Below the pieces are notes generated by a model that saw nothing but the letters and a program-made list of their open reading frames with translations, made no database searches and was not told where the DNA came from. Position numbers and translations under genes: made by a program. This document shows, in pieces, positions 12,651-25,000 of a stretch of DNA of 64,000 nucleotides. Each line of letters opens with the position of its first letter. The stretch's first letter is position 1. The stretch is from Tubulanus polymorphus (Eukaryota; Animalia; Nemertea). Location of the stretch: assembly GCF_964204645.1 (NCBI RefSeq), contig NC_134028.1, positions 19,963,245 through 20,027,244 on the forward strand, given 5' to 3'.

Positions 12651-12959
12651 CCTCCAAACAACCAAGATCAATCCGCAAAGAGACACGTTAGTTTACGAGT
12701 ATGATGATGATTCCAGTTTATTGACGATAGTGAAAGTGTCGAATCGAGAGTCAGATCGAGAGTGACCCCGAAAACATATTACAAATCCATTTTATACATT
12801 TCAATGAAAGTATAAACAAATACTGTGTAGTCATGGAGTTGGTCAACGACTGCCTGATCATGCTAATCGCGCATAATCTGTTTGACCATCTCCATGACTA
12901 TAATACTAAGACTATAAGAAGCTTAACAAATATATAGTAAATACGGCTTATGCCTAACA
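12644..12959 (-). repeat. 5' LTR (lacks its last ~26 bp and the PBS)
   Basis: Identical to 10427-10742, then fused directly to integrase-tail sequence at cctgaat. Confidence 0.9.
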
Positions 12960-12960
12960 C

Positions 12961-13145
12961 CCTAGTGGTTCTTAAGAGACGGCCAAGGCCTTTTTATAGG
13001 TTGTTAAGGCTCACAACCTGACAGAGTTACCAGAGCTGAGTCCATGCATGTGTCTCGACAGCCAACGCCAGGTGGTTTCGATCTAGGGACCTCTTGGTTC
13101 CCAGTCCTCCACTCAAACAACTGCATGAGACCCCAATCCCAACAA
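12961..13145 (-). mobile_element. Probable tRNA-derived SINE, apparently interrupted by the LTR element
   Basis: The minus strand has a tRNA-like head (cagttgtttgagtggaggactgggaaccaagaggtccctagatcgaaaccacc) with a degenerate B-box. The flanks join as gccgtaacgccacctag|tggttcttaag when the insert is removed. Confidence 0.4.
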
Positions 13146-15074
13146 TAACAAGTAATTCGGTTCATCTGGATAAGAAAAAAACAAATTAAGCAGTTTAGAA
13201 ACGCCAGAAAAAAAGATATAACTTTCAACTTGACATGTTCAGTAAGAGAGCTGATACCTGTAGGTGTGACCGATGTGTGGGCGTGTCTTCCAGCTGTCGC
13301 TAACAGCTGTGTCTGGCTGTACGGCAACGAACGCCATTTTTTACATTCTTGTTCGCTGAGATATTTCTGACAGACGAGTGAATTAAACCTGAAGGCGTCC
13401 GGCCGGTATTAAATACTGTGACAGTGGTTTCTCTTTTGAGACGAGGTTTAACTGAGCCCGACTGTAAATCAACTGTTATAAAATCTCCCACAAAGCAATG
13501 CGAACGGGAAATAAGTCTGAAAATCGAATTACCTATAAACAATATCGATATCAACTCGCAAAACACTCAAATATGAAAATCTTTTCCTAGTTTCATCTTT
13601 CACGTCAAACATCGAAGCCATATCGAACGGGAGATTATTGTTCTGTCGCGTGCAATAGACATGCGCAATGGAACATACCGTAAACGGTTCGAATCCAATC
13701 ATCTGAGGATTCCTCGGAAGTTTCCAATCCCGAATATAGACTTCCTACAACAACTTTCCAAGTTCTGTCCATCCCATGTAAATAGTTTTCCTCGGGATTT
13801 TATGGGTTTTAGAATTATTCTTTAACCATTTTTGTTATCAATCCCATACCCTCGGCCAATCAAAATTAACGGCTTAACTATTTTGCAGATATACATTTCA
13901 TTTTTACAATATGATAATAGGCGTACTAGCAAAGTAGATAGAGTGATAATTGAAAATGCCATTTAAAATAGGTAGAATTTCCCCCAATCTGTTCCAGGAG
14001 TCAACTTTGTCAAAAGCCGCCATCTTTTGTGTCCCGGACTTGTAGCCGCCGATAATTGACCAGCTCCTGGCGCCACCTTTATCATCTTCGCCGTCGTTCC
14101 ACCAAAAGGCAAGAAGTCAGGAATGTTGACCAGTGACCAGTCAGGTATGGCGTGAAATGTGGTGAAAATTAATGAATTGAGTCAGATCTCTGATGTTACA
14201 CAGTTTACTCACTATGCGCTACAGGCATTTACTTTATTGAGTACAGATTATATAATCAGCATTTCAAATGAAAATTTTACAAATGAAATACATTTGTATT
14301 TTGAAGAACATCAACCAAATACTGGTAATTTACAGATCGATTATATGAAATACATTATAATTGGAAAGCATCAACCAAATACTGGTAATTAACCGATTGA
14401 TGATATATAAGTGTTTTGGTGCAACTAAAAGATCTATTGATTGATTTCGTGTGTCAGTAATTCATGAATCCTATCACATGTACATTATAACTAGATCTGT
14501 GTTCAGTTGGTTCTTTTAGTCTACGAGAGGTAAACTGACTGGGTTGGTTGTGATTATTAGCGGCACATGCTAATTGGTCGGTATCTACGCCTTACAATAG
14601 AATAAGCGATTACGATACTTTGACAGTAACTGTTTGTAACTCTAAGCGAAACTGCGTCTTGCATTTTGTTTCGCTGTCGCATCCGAAGTTTGGATGGTAA
14701 CACGAGATCAGCGTTCTCAATACACATCTATCCGAAAGTGTTTTGTAATTTTGCGGGTATAGCTTTGCTCTTCGTCGGGTACTATAATTTCCTATTCTTT
14801 TCACTGAGAAACACAGCTCTTTTGAAGGACGATTAACTATGAAATGGACCCGCGCCATTTACATCCGTCGTTATTTCGATGTCTTAGTTTGATCGCATCC
14901 ATGAAGAAAATTGATTTCAGAAAAATCCGTTTAAAATGTTGCAAACTCTGCACCCTCTGTATTCTGATTGCTATTGTGGTAGTCAACTATAAACGTTATC
15001 GAGTGATGATGAACCAGGTTTGAAAATAAATAGTCAGCCTAAAAAGCAACCTAACTTTCAGTCTCGAATTTCAC

Positions 15075-16097
15075 TTATCTAGAAAACAACCAAACACCGG
15101 AAACAACCATAACGAATATTATCATATCTATACTATAGATGGGAGCGCTATTGCATTCGTCGGTGGTGCAGCATTTCGGTTCAACAGACTTAGTGCTGTT
15201 TGGTAGAGGATATTCGCTTTTACAATTTTTGAAACAGCCCCGAATAAACACTGAACTTTCGTATTGCAATTTCTGAAATGAAACGAACAGTAACGAATTC
15301 TGAAACCGATGAACGTATCAACGAAATTCACCGGGGTGATTACTGTAAATCATTACTTACCCCGCACTGATAACCGCGGCTGAGGGGACACGTTGTGCTA
15401 TGAACATCATCGCTGGTTTCACAGCCGTCGGTAAAATATGACCGTTTTCCGATGTCGTTTGTGTTGTTTCTTTTCAAAAGAACTGAAACAGATGAAACAA
15501 ATTAACTGTCGGGAGGCTCAACAGATTAGGCACGAATGACGCCAGTAAGTTTGTTTTTAAGTTGGGCGTCGTTATTTTGTCTCCGCTTGTTAGGAAGATG
15601 CGTCACAATACTGCATTGAAAATGTCTACATCTATATTGATTTCGATTAAAAAATGCGAATAAAGATAAACTTACTACTGTCAATAGCAAATTGTTTCAT
15701 CGCATCATATACTGCCTTATAACCGTCTTTATGATATTCACAATCGTAGCATCTCATTACAGTTGCTGTCACTGAAAATAAGGATAACTGAGATTTAGAA
15801 AAAATTAGATGAAATACTTACCGTCAATAGCGAACTGTTTCATTGTATTATATTCTGCCTTATAACGGCTTTTATACACACGAGAGTGGCATGTCAGACT
15901 TTAAACAACTGTTGTCGAAAACGAAGATGATATGAGATGAAATAAAAAAAACAATTGAGATGAAATGAGTTTTTACGAATTAAGCTGCATTTGAAGTGGA
16001 CAGTATATTGTGGGGCTGGCTAAAATACAAACTCACCCTGAGCAAACAGAACCAGTAAAGCTGTCGCGACCGTAAACATAATGTGTAACTGATCCAT
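15075..16097 (-). CDS. Ly6/uPAR three-finger (Quiver/sleepless-like) GPI-anchored protein, 4 exons, 158 aa
   Basis: Exons 16097-16037, 15771-15676, 15482-15361 and 15272-15075 are GT-AG and phase-compatible. The product has a signal peptide (MDQLHIMFTVATALLVLFAQ), an RCYDC start, 10 Cys, a CCTTDECN end and a hydrophobic C-terminal GPI signal. Confidence 0.88.
15822..15908 (-). pseudogene. Dead tandem duplicate of Ly6 exon 2
   Basis: Reads VV*SLTCHSRVYKSRYKAEYNTMKQFAID versus the live exon VTATVMRCYDCEYHKDGYKAVYDAMKQFAIDS. The splice sites are retained, but there is an in-frame TAA and a Cys to Arg change. Confidence 0.75.
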
Positions 16098-19080
16098 CCT
16101 GCTATGTTCCGTCTGTCGTCTGTCACTTGTAGACCTGCTGTCGTCTGTCAACATGGGTTTGCGCTGTTTTATGGCGCTCTCTTCCCCCGGACACCATTTG
16201 GGCTTCGCAAAATATGTTTCTTTGAAATATGTTTCTTTATTCTTTGAAATTGGTCATTTAGAAATAAATGAAATTTCAGATTTGTTATCATTATCTTTTT
16301 AGGTAACAATTTGAGATCAATTGTAGCGAGAACAATAAAAGTTTAATTTACCAAAGCAATTTTAGATTTAAAGAGAAAATTCCATAAACTGCACTACTCC
16401 TTATTGAAATTTAGAATAAAATATCCCCGCTGATTAAAAGGCAAAAATCTGTAATACATGAAAAAGTTAAAACGATTTTCTTTTCGTTCGACTGAAAAAA
16501 AAAATTGATAGGACTCCTTGAAGATATTCTTGAAAATTAACCTTTGAAGATATAGATTTTTACCATTCGTCAAATTGAAATCTATATGTAATTTGATGAT
16601 CTTGAATATTTTCTTCTTTGCACAACAGGATAATTCCATTTTTCTACAAAGATTTAATCGTTGAAATGAATATATATATATTGCATTCAAACGTCGTGCA
16701 AGATTTAATTTGATTTCGTTGAGTCAGTAAACTAACTGTAGGAGTGCAAATAGGGAAATAAACTGAATGAAAAAAGTAAGATAAGTGTTCAAAAGAAACT
16801 ATGCAGAACTTCAATAAGAAAATTACGGACTGTGAAAAGATCTCCATAGATATAAATATTATTGACCAACAACTGTAGAGATCTGAACACGAGTGTGTTC
16901 TGTGCCTATGTTGACTTCAAAATTAAAGCATTGATTCCATTTGTTTTCGAATAATTCAGCAGAGGAAATAAATTGACGAAGAATACGTAGCAGTGTGGCC
17001 CCTACAAAAAATATTTGCCCTTCACGGGCAGTCCGACGATTGGTGTCACTATCATCCGAGTATCGAGTGGAAAAAAGCTTTGTGACATAAGATTGCACTA
17101 GCACGGCGGACAAGTGATAAAGATTACCTACTTGCCCTGGTGAGAATATACTTGTCCCGGGCAATCGGACAAGTGCTTAGATCGGACCCTGAATTCGCTG
17201 GAGACTGAATTCGAGCAAGTTTTTCCGATTATTAACTAAATTTTCAGTGAAATCTGTAACATACACTGAGTGAGAAAGGGAATCGTATATCTATTCGATG
17301 CCTCGTTTGATAAATGTCGGGGACGGAAGCCTAAAAATCAACTAACTTTCATTGAAAATGAACTGATTTTCATTACGAATGACCCAATGTTTTTATGCGC
17401 CATCTGTTAGTGCCAGTGTCCCATTATTCTTTAGTGATCAGGGGCTTATCAATCACGTCGAATAGCCCAAACTGTTCAGGCGTGGAGAGAGGGGATGGCA
17501 TTTTTATGTTCTCTTTATGTCCATGGACTATCTGGCCTGGTAAAAAGTTGCTTGGTCATTGTTTATTGCGCTTACGGCGAAGGATTTATCGAACAAATCC
17601 TTACAGTGATGAATTGAAACTCTGCCCCGGAACGAAACCCTGCCATGGTGGGCACATCCAACCTGTCAATATGTGATGGTGCGCACTAGACGCGGTACAA
17701 ACAGCTATTAGTTTGTATGAAAAGTACCACTTGTAGACGGCTGAAGCGTTGTCACACTAGGTGAAAAACATATCAATCATATTCAATTCCCTGTGTACTT
17801 AATCGGATATTTCAATTCAATTCTAGTTTTCCACTTATCATAATTGTTAGATTGGTTTTCAATGTATAAATTATTCACGGAGATGTCTGTGGGTTGTTAC
17901 GTATATTCTTAATATACATTTGATTTAATTACAGTTAAAAAACCTCGAATAAAATCCCTAGAAACTAGATCTCATAAGGCGTTATGTTGTTTATTTCATT
18001 GCTAGGGCTTTGTGTGATAACTTTGGTCAGTTTTAACCTAAAAGACTTCATGAATCAAAGCTATTGGAGATATAACTAATCTAATCAAATCCTCAAGATG
18101 TTTATTAGATTTTAACACTAAACTAATGCAACAACGGTCCACGGAGTCTTGACTCATGAATCGCATAATACGCGAGTGCCTATATTGGGTGATATGAAAT
18201 TCTACCCAAATATCTGAGATGTCTAATGGGTTATATATATGCTATTTTTCAACTTCCATAGGCTCCTTCTTACTCAATATCGCTCAACCAGTACGCCGGA
18301 GCAGACCTTGCCTTGTGTTTGTTGGACGATACAAATAAAAATACTCAGTTGCTTTATATAATCCTTCTCGATAGAAAATACATTCGATGATTTATTCTTT
18401 GAAAATGGTTAAATTATCTCATCATCAATCGTAGATTAAAATTCGACCTGGTATTCAATTGTGGATACATAAATCTCATGAACTATTCATAAGAGGCAAA
18501 AACAATGATATAATTCAAGTGTTGTATCGTCGGACGAATATTGATCGATTTAGCCCGATTCTAACGTGGAAAATCAAATTCCAACATATTAAATTTCATG
18601 CATTTATTTCGAGAAGAAGCAAATTTTTAAAATACATTGCAATGAAAAATTAGTCATTGAGAATTGTAGATTGCATAAATTATGAAAATATTTACACGAC
18701 GCAAGAGCGATCAATAATCAAAACAGATTTTTAACGGATATGGACTCATACCGGTCCACTTAGAGCAAAAAAAACACTCAAGTTCAATGCAAATATAATG
18801 TTAATGGAAGGTAAAGTATGTTTTGTAAATGATTCGGGCCTCTTACACTACTGTCCGTTGTAGTGACTGACTGAGTAAATGGTCGAGTCGGAGCCTTCTC
18901 AACGGATCCCTTCACACTACCATCCCGTAGCGACTGACTGAGCCGAGGATCAGTCGAGTTATTGGATATATCAGGTCAACTTCACTTCATCGTTTTCGAG
19001 CAATGCAAATAGAATTATTATCAACATAATGTGCAGTTATTCAAACGATACTATAAGAAATGTCTTAAATCTTTCAGCGT

Positions 19081-22000
19081 TTAACTGATGATGATATTTC
19101 GTTTTTTAGATTTTTCCGACGACTTCTTCATTTCCTCCAGTTCGGCCATTACGTCTTTGCTGTCGGCTTGTTTTTTAATGTAGTTCTCCAGCCTGTCGAT
19201 GATCAAATCGACTCGGTTCGAAAGCTCGCGGCACTTCTCATCCGCGCTATCTTGGGCTCCTGTAAATCGAAAACATCAAATCCACATATACCTCAGTGTA
19301 AGGAGGAAGATCAATGGATGTTGTTTAAGGTTGAAGAACAGCAGAAACTGTTTATCAAATTCAAAGGATGTTCTAATAAAAACTATGCAAGGAATCTGTG
19401 AGGGAAATGTATAAACATTCAGTTCATGAGGATAAGTTGCTTTGAAAATTAGATTATAAACTGAAATTTGTAGAATTGGTCATTATACTACTTTTGGTAT
19501 AGATAACGAGACGAGTAGTAACTATATTGGTTATCTATTAATTTGACGCACGAGATTTCGCTACTAATGCATAGAAGCTTCATCAGGTGAATGAGAATGA
19601 ATGGAATACTTTTGGTATATACGTATACGAATGTTGCGTGTATTTGTTTACATTTTACGTATATTTACTGATTTTAACCATTGGGGAATATTTCTTTCAT
19701 ATTTCACCATGCTTCTCGAGGAATTAAACAACCTATAGTATACGTATTTCGAAGCTAGTTCCTCGAGTGAATAATTGATTAGTGAGACTCCATATATAAA
19801 TAAAACCCACGACCGATAATCTAGGTTCTAGTCAAATTAGTTCAAGAACTATGAAACTAGTTTCGAATAAAGCCAATCTGCAAATGTACTGTAGAACTTA
19901 AATCCTGTCTTACAAACACAAACTAACAAATCCAATTTCGCAAACAGCCGCAGAACTTGAAAATGTTGGGTTTATCGTTGGATTGTTATAGTTCAATTAA
20001 TGTTGATGATATGCTATAAAGATCATACCATATATCAAGCTAGCATTATGTAGATAAATGTATCCAAGAAATAAATAGATCTTAATTATTTCAACTACTT
20101 TACTCTGTATAATTTACTCTACCTGAAATATCCACAATGAATAAGTTAAAATGATTTAAATCCAGTTTACCTTCCAAATATTCCAACCGGCATTCTGTAG
20201 GGTTCCCTTCTATTCTAGTCATACCGATGGCTTTTTTGAATGATTGCATCATAAAATCCACAATTTCATACTCGTTCGCTTGTCCAGCTATGCAATCCAT
20301 CGCGTACGTGTAGCCCTCCAAAATGATCGCAACCATGAAGTTAACCATCATGAAATTTACGATGATAACGAATGCCACGAACATTAACGGAGCCATCACG
20401 GGACTGACTGCCTGCATTCGTCGGAAATTGAATTTATCTAGAATGGAGGTATACAATGAATTGAAACGTTATAAAATTGAATAATTTGGGCGTGAGAATG
20501 GTCGATTCGGAAACCTCAAAATGGACCCCCTCCCCATCACTTAAGCGCGACGTACACGACGCGGTGAAGCACAGAAACAGGAAGCACATGTTTCCTGTGT
20601 TTCCCTGTTGTATTTCCCTTTTGTGCTTCAAGCCCACAAACGAAAACACGTTTGACCTCGGAAACATCTTTTCCCGAAACAATGTTTATCGTTTCTTGTA
20701 AACGCTAGTGATCAAGAGAAACGCCAGAAACATGTTTCTATCACCCGTTTTCCCAGTGCTGCGTTCGTTGGGCTTTGATAGAGACGGAATGGGTGGCACC
20801 CAAATCAATGTCCTCCGGATGGAACCCTCTGAACCTATGTCCCTATAGTAGAACATCATTCAGTGAGATCCTAGTAATAACACTTACTTAACATCATGTT
20901 CAATAATGTCTCCATACTAGCAATGAACGTTGAATATTCTCTCAAACGGACCATGAACTTCAGGTGACACAAACTAACAAATCCGAAAAACAGAACCAAG
21001 AACACGACCATAAATCGCATTAGTGGCCAGGACAACCACTTCATCATCAAAGCCAGGGCGCAAATCCTTTTGTTAAATCGCAGTAGTTTCAGCCCTTGAA
21101 GTGTCGATAGAAATACGATCATTGCGAGTAAATAAACCGACAACTGCAAATATAGACAGATAACATTATACAAACATATGACAAACGTTACATAGTTTAT
21201 CATTTCCTCATTTCGTTAGTTGTATTCTGTGAAAATTACCTCGTCGTACAAAACGACATAGTCAAGATTTATGAATTTGGTTCTGTCCACCATCATTTCA
21301 GCCATCGCGTACGCCCCGAAGAATCTCACTATTTGCATGAATATGGCCACAAATCCCATGAGTATCACCGCAAACTCGTAAACATCCCAAAATGACTGTA
21401 AAGAAAACGAACTTGAACGTTTATTGACGCCTTAAAATAACGCATATATTGCTTTTAATATTGTCGACAAAAAATAATACGATATAAATCATACAATATC
21501 AAGCATCAAGAAAGTCATATCGGATTTTAATATATCGATTAATGAATTGAATTGACTGGCAACCAGTCTAACACCGATGTATTGATGACTTAGTCCGCAT
21601 CTTCTAAAAACTAATTATTGAAATTTATCAAAAATAAAATGAGAATCATGAAATATATCTAAACAGAAATGAATTCCAAAATTCACAGTTTTAATTCTTA
21701 TTTTGCAACGCGAATATTGATGACGTTGTGCACATCGACTTTAAACAGAACGCCTTCTATAACGCAGGATGTCATTATAAACAATATTGTAACCGTTTTG
21801 AAGGCGTCAAAAGCCAGATAACGAATAGTTAGATAGTGAGTTATTCGAAAACTACGGGCCCAGGGACACCATGCCCACTTGGGAAGTGGTTTCAAATGCT
21901 CAACAATCTAACAATTCCAATATTCAACGCCCCCTGGTGACCATATACAGAATCCAATGACCTTGAAACTCACCAAAATCATAGAACATGTCAGCAGCTA

Positions 22001-25000
22001 CGATTTTGTAATTGATTGTGATAGCAAAATATGCCTCGTTACCAATTTAATATGGAAATACTAAGTCATTCTACTATTCAACGCCCCCTGGTGACCATAT
22101 TCAAAACCCAATGACCTCGAAACTCACCACAATCATAGAATATGTCACGAACTACAACTTTGCAATTGATCATGGTAACAAAATATGCCTAGGTACCAAT
22201 ATAATAAGGAAATACTAAGTTATTCTACTGTTCAACGCCCCCTGGTGACCATATAGAAAAACTTATGTCCTTAAAACTCGCAACAATCATAGATGATGTC
22301 ATGCGCTACAACTTTCCAATTGATTGTGTTTACAAAATATGCATTGATACGAATATAATAAAGAAATGCTAAGATATTGTATTATTCAACGCCCCCTGGT
22401 GGCCATATACGAAATCCAATTACCTTGAAACTCACCACAATCATAGAACACGTTATGAGCTACAACTTTCTAATTGATTGTGGTAGCAAAATACGCTTAG
22501 GTATCAATATAATGTGGAAAAACTTTTTCCAACTTACAAATGAGTACTGGTGACACCAAGATGGCCGCCAATTGCGTCATAATTGGCTGATGAAAAATAC
22601 CTGTCTCAGGTATAAAACATCCCTTTCCAAAGAATACCCATCACAAATTGTAATGAGAAATGGCAAACCAGTAGGAAGCTAAAGGACTCAGAATTCGGGC
22701 CAAAATTAACATTGCATCCGATGCAAAAAAATTACGTCTCCGTTCTAATCTTCATATGTTCACACATTTTATACTTACATTAAAATATTGACGTCGACCG
22801 ATTTTCCGCAGTCTCTTCGAAGCGCGCACCGCGAAGTAGATCAAGAACCCGAGAAAAATGAATTGGAAAAAGAACATCACTGAGTTCGTCGGTGTCATTC
22901 CTTTCTCCAGGCGCATTACTGTCACTTTATACTTTGTAAACGCCCCTGAATTGAGAGCACGATTCTGACTTAAACAAATGCATCAATCGTGATATGGATT
23001 TTTTAATTGGGAATACAATTGGTTTTTTTCGATATTTGTTCATCTCAACACGTTTTCAACGGGCTTCGTGATATATAATGGTGGCTACTACGGGCTCATA
23101 CACATAGACAAAATTCGATATCTTTCAAATATGAAATAAAATATACTTATATAAAAATGCAATCAATGAATCTTGAATTTGATAGGAAAACAATATTGGA
23201 GTTTTTGTCGACAGATAACCTTGATTTACAACTGTCTATAGTCAGGACTGTAATGTAGTCCATTGATCGGGCGCAGCCATATTGCATCAATAATTATAAG
23301 CTCCTCTATATATTCACTATGTATGTGATTACCTCCACTATTTAGGAATTCCACGAGGAGAAACGCCACACCATACAAGCGAACGTTGTTGTTGTAAAGC
23401 AAAAACTCGATGATGATACATCTTGTATTCTTATCCAACCAGTTTCCAGCTTTAATCGTTTTTAGAGTGCGCAGAGCTTGTTTCGGCTGCGTTCCCAAAT
23501 TCACTACGTAACCGCCACCGGAGTACGTGGCAAATTTCCCAGACGTAGGCGAACCCTTGAGTTTCCAGGCCGACGAGTAACCGAACCCATAATCCGGTTT
23601 ATCGTTTGGATCTAGAATATCGAAATCTCTACATGTAAATTCAAGAAAATATAAACAACGTCCAAATCTAAAATTGACGTCGAGAGAATTGATTTCATTC
23701 GAATCATTAATGCGGGCATTTTATACGGGGGGGGGGGGTTACGGCATCCGCCATCATTTCTCGAAGGAGCGATGGAATTCACTTTCAGGCTGGAACTACG
23801 CACTATGCATACATTAATATCTTTTTTGCATATTGAATTAGTTACTCATTTTCCAGATGGCGTGTATTCACCTGATTTATTAACGGGAATCCATCCAGCT
23901 TTGTAATTCCCTTCTTCTTGGCTAAACATACTATAGCTAGGCCGGCACACATCACCAAATAACCGATCTAATCTCGAGTTACATGCGACTAAAACGATAT
24001 TTACTACTAAAATGAATGTATAAGTACGTAAAAAGTTTATTTGGAAACGAAATTAAAGCAACTGTTCTCGATTACCGATGAACATATGAGTTGTATCTTT
24101 TAGAACCAATAGCGATTTAGCCAAAACAGGAAAACTTACCAGGTTTTGTTCGTAACTGACGTAGACGTGGAACGCAGACTCTCAACGCCTGTCGATCAAC
24201 GATGTAATTCTTATATTTGTACCAATCATCACCCGGGAACATATCGTACCCGAACATTCCAGGCACCAGCGATTTTTCGGCGTAATCCCAAAACTGATCG
24301 AAATTCCTCACCTGCAGAAACAGGCAACGAAAGTGACCGATGAAAACGTATCATAAGAAAATAAGAAATAAGATACCCCGAAATGCTGAGTATTTCATAG
24401 TAGAGTATAGTATACTATAGTAGTTTACTTGTCACCATCAATATGTAGAAAATGAATACCTTAAAACAAAATAGGTTACAGACATTGAAGTGACAGGAGT
24501 CCGAGTAGAGCAATAAAGGCTGTATTTAAAAGGATGTTCAGGCACCTCGACATAAAAACGAACAAATAAAATAAAAGAAATGAAAAGGGATGAAACGATG
24601 AAAAATGAAGATAAATTTATGTCATGCAGAAGTCTCTCTGAATGAAAATATATTTTAAAGTGTACATCAATCAAGCAGCTTACTACTTACGAGGGTGCTG
24701 ATAGTTGGGGCGGATTTAAAGTGCAGGTTGGCTTTGCCAAATTGAAGGAGCTTTACAGAGGAACGGCTTATTGAAAATGCTAGTTTCGCGGGCCTAGATT
24801 CTGGGGTGGTTTCGAGCTCTGGTATTATATCTGTGATTAAATGAATTCCAATTAAATATATTTAGAATTTGTTGCGGAAGTTAGCTATTCACAAATCCGT
24901 ATGCAAGTTTGATAAGTTCCAAGTTTATCATATCTTCGAATTTCGGAATCTGGATCTTTTTACAAAGAGGCATCTCATTAGTTTAAGGGTTTATTAGAGG

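Larger units (their letters stand above)
10401..12959 (-). mobile_element. Internally deleted Ty3/Gypsy-type LTR retroelement with chromodomain and env remnant
   Basis: Two 316-bp direct repeats (10427-10742 and 12644-12959) appear identical by eye. The minus-strand termini are TGTTAG...GTTACA, and a polypurine tract aagaaaggggagggcta directly precedes the 3' LTR. Between the LTRs lie an integrase tail with chromodomain and an env-like frame. No gag or RT is present. Confidence 0.92.
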
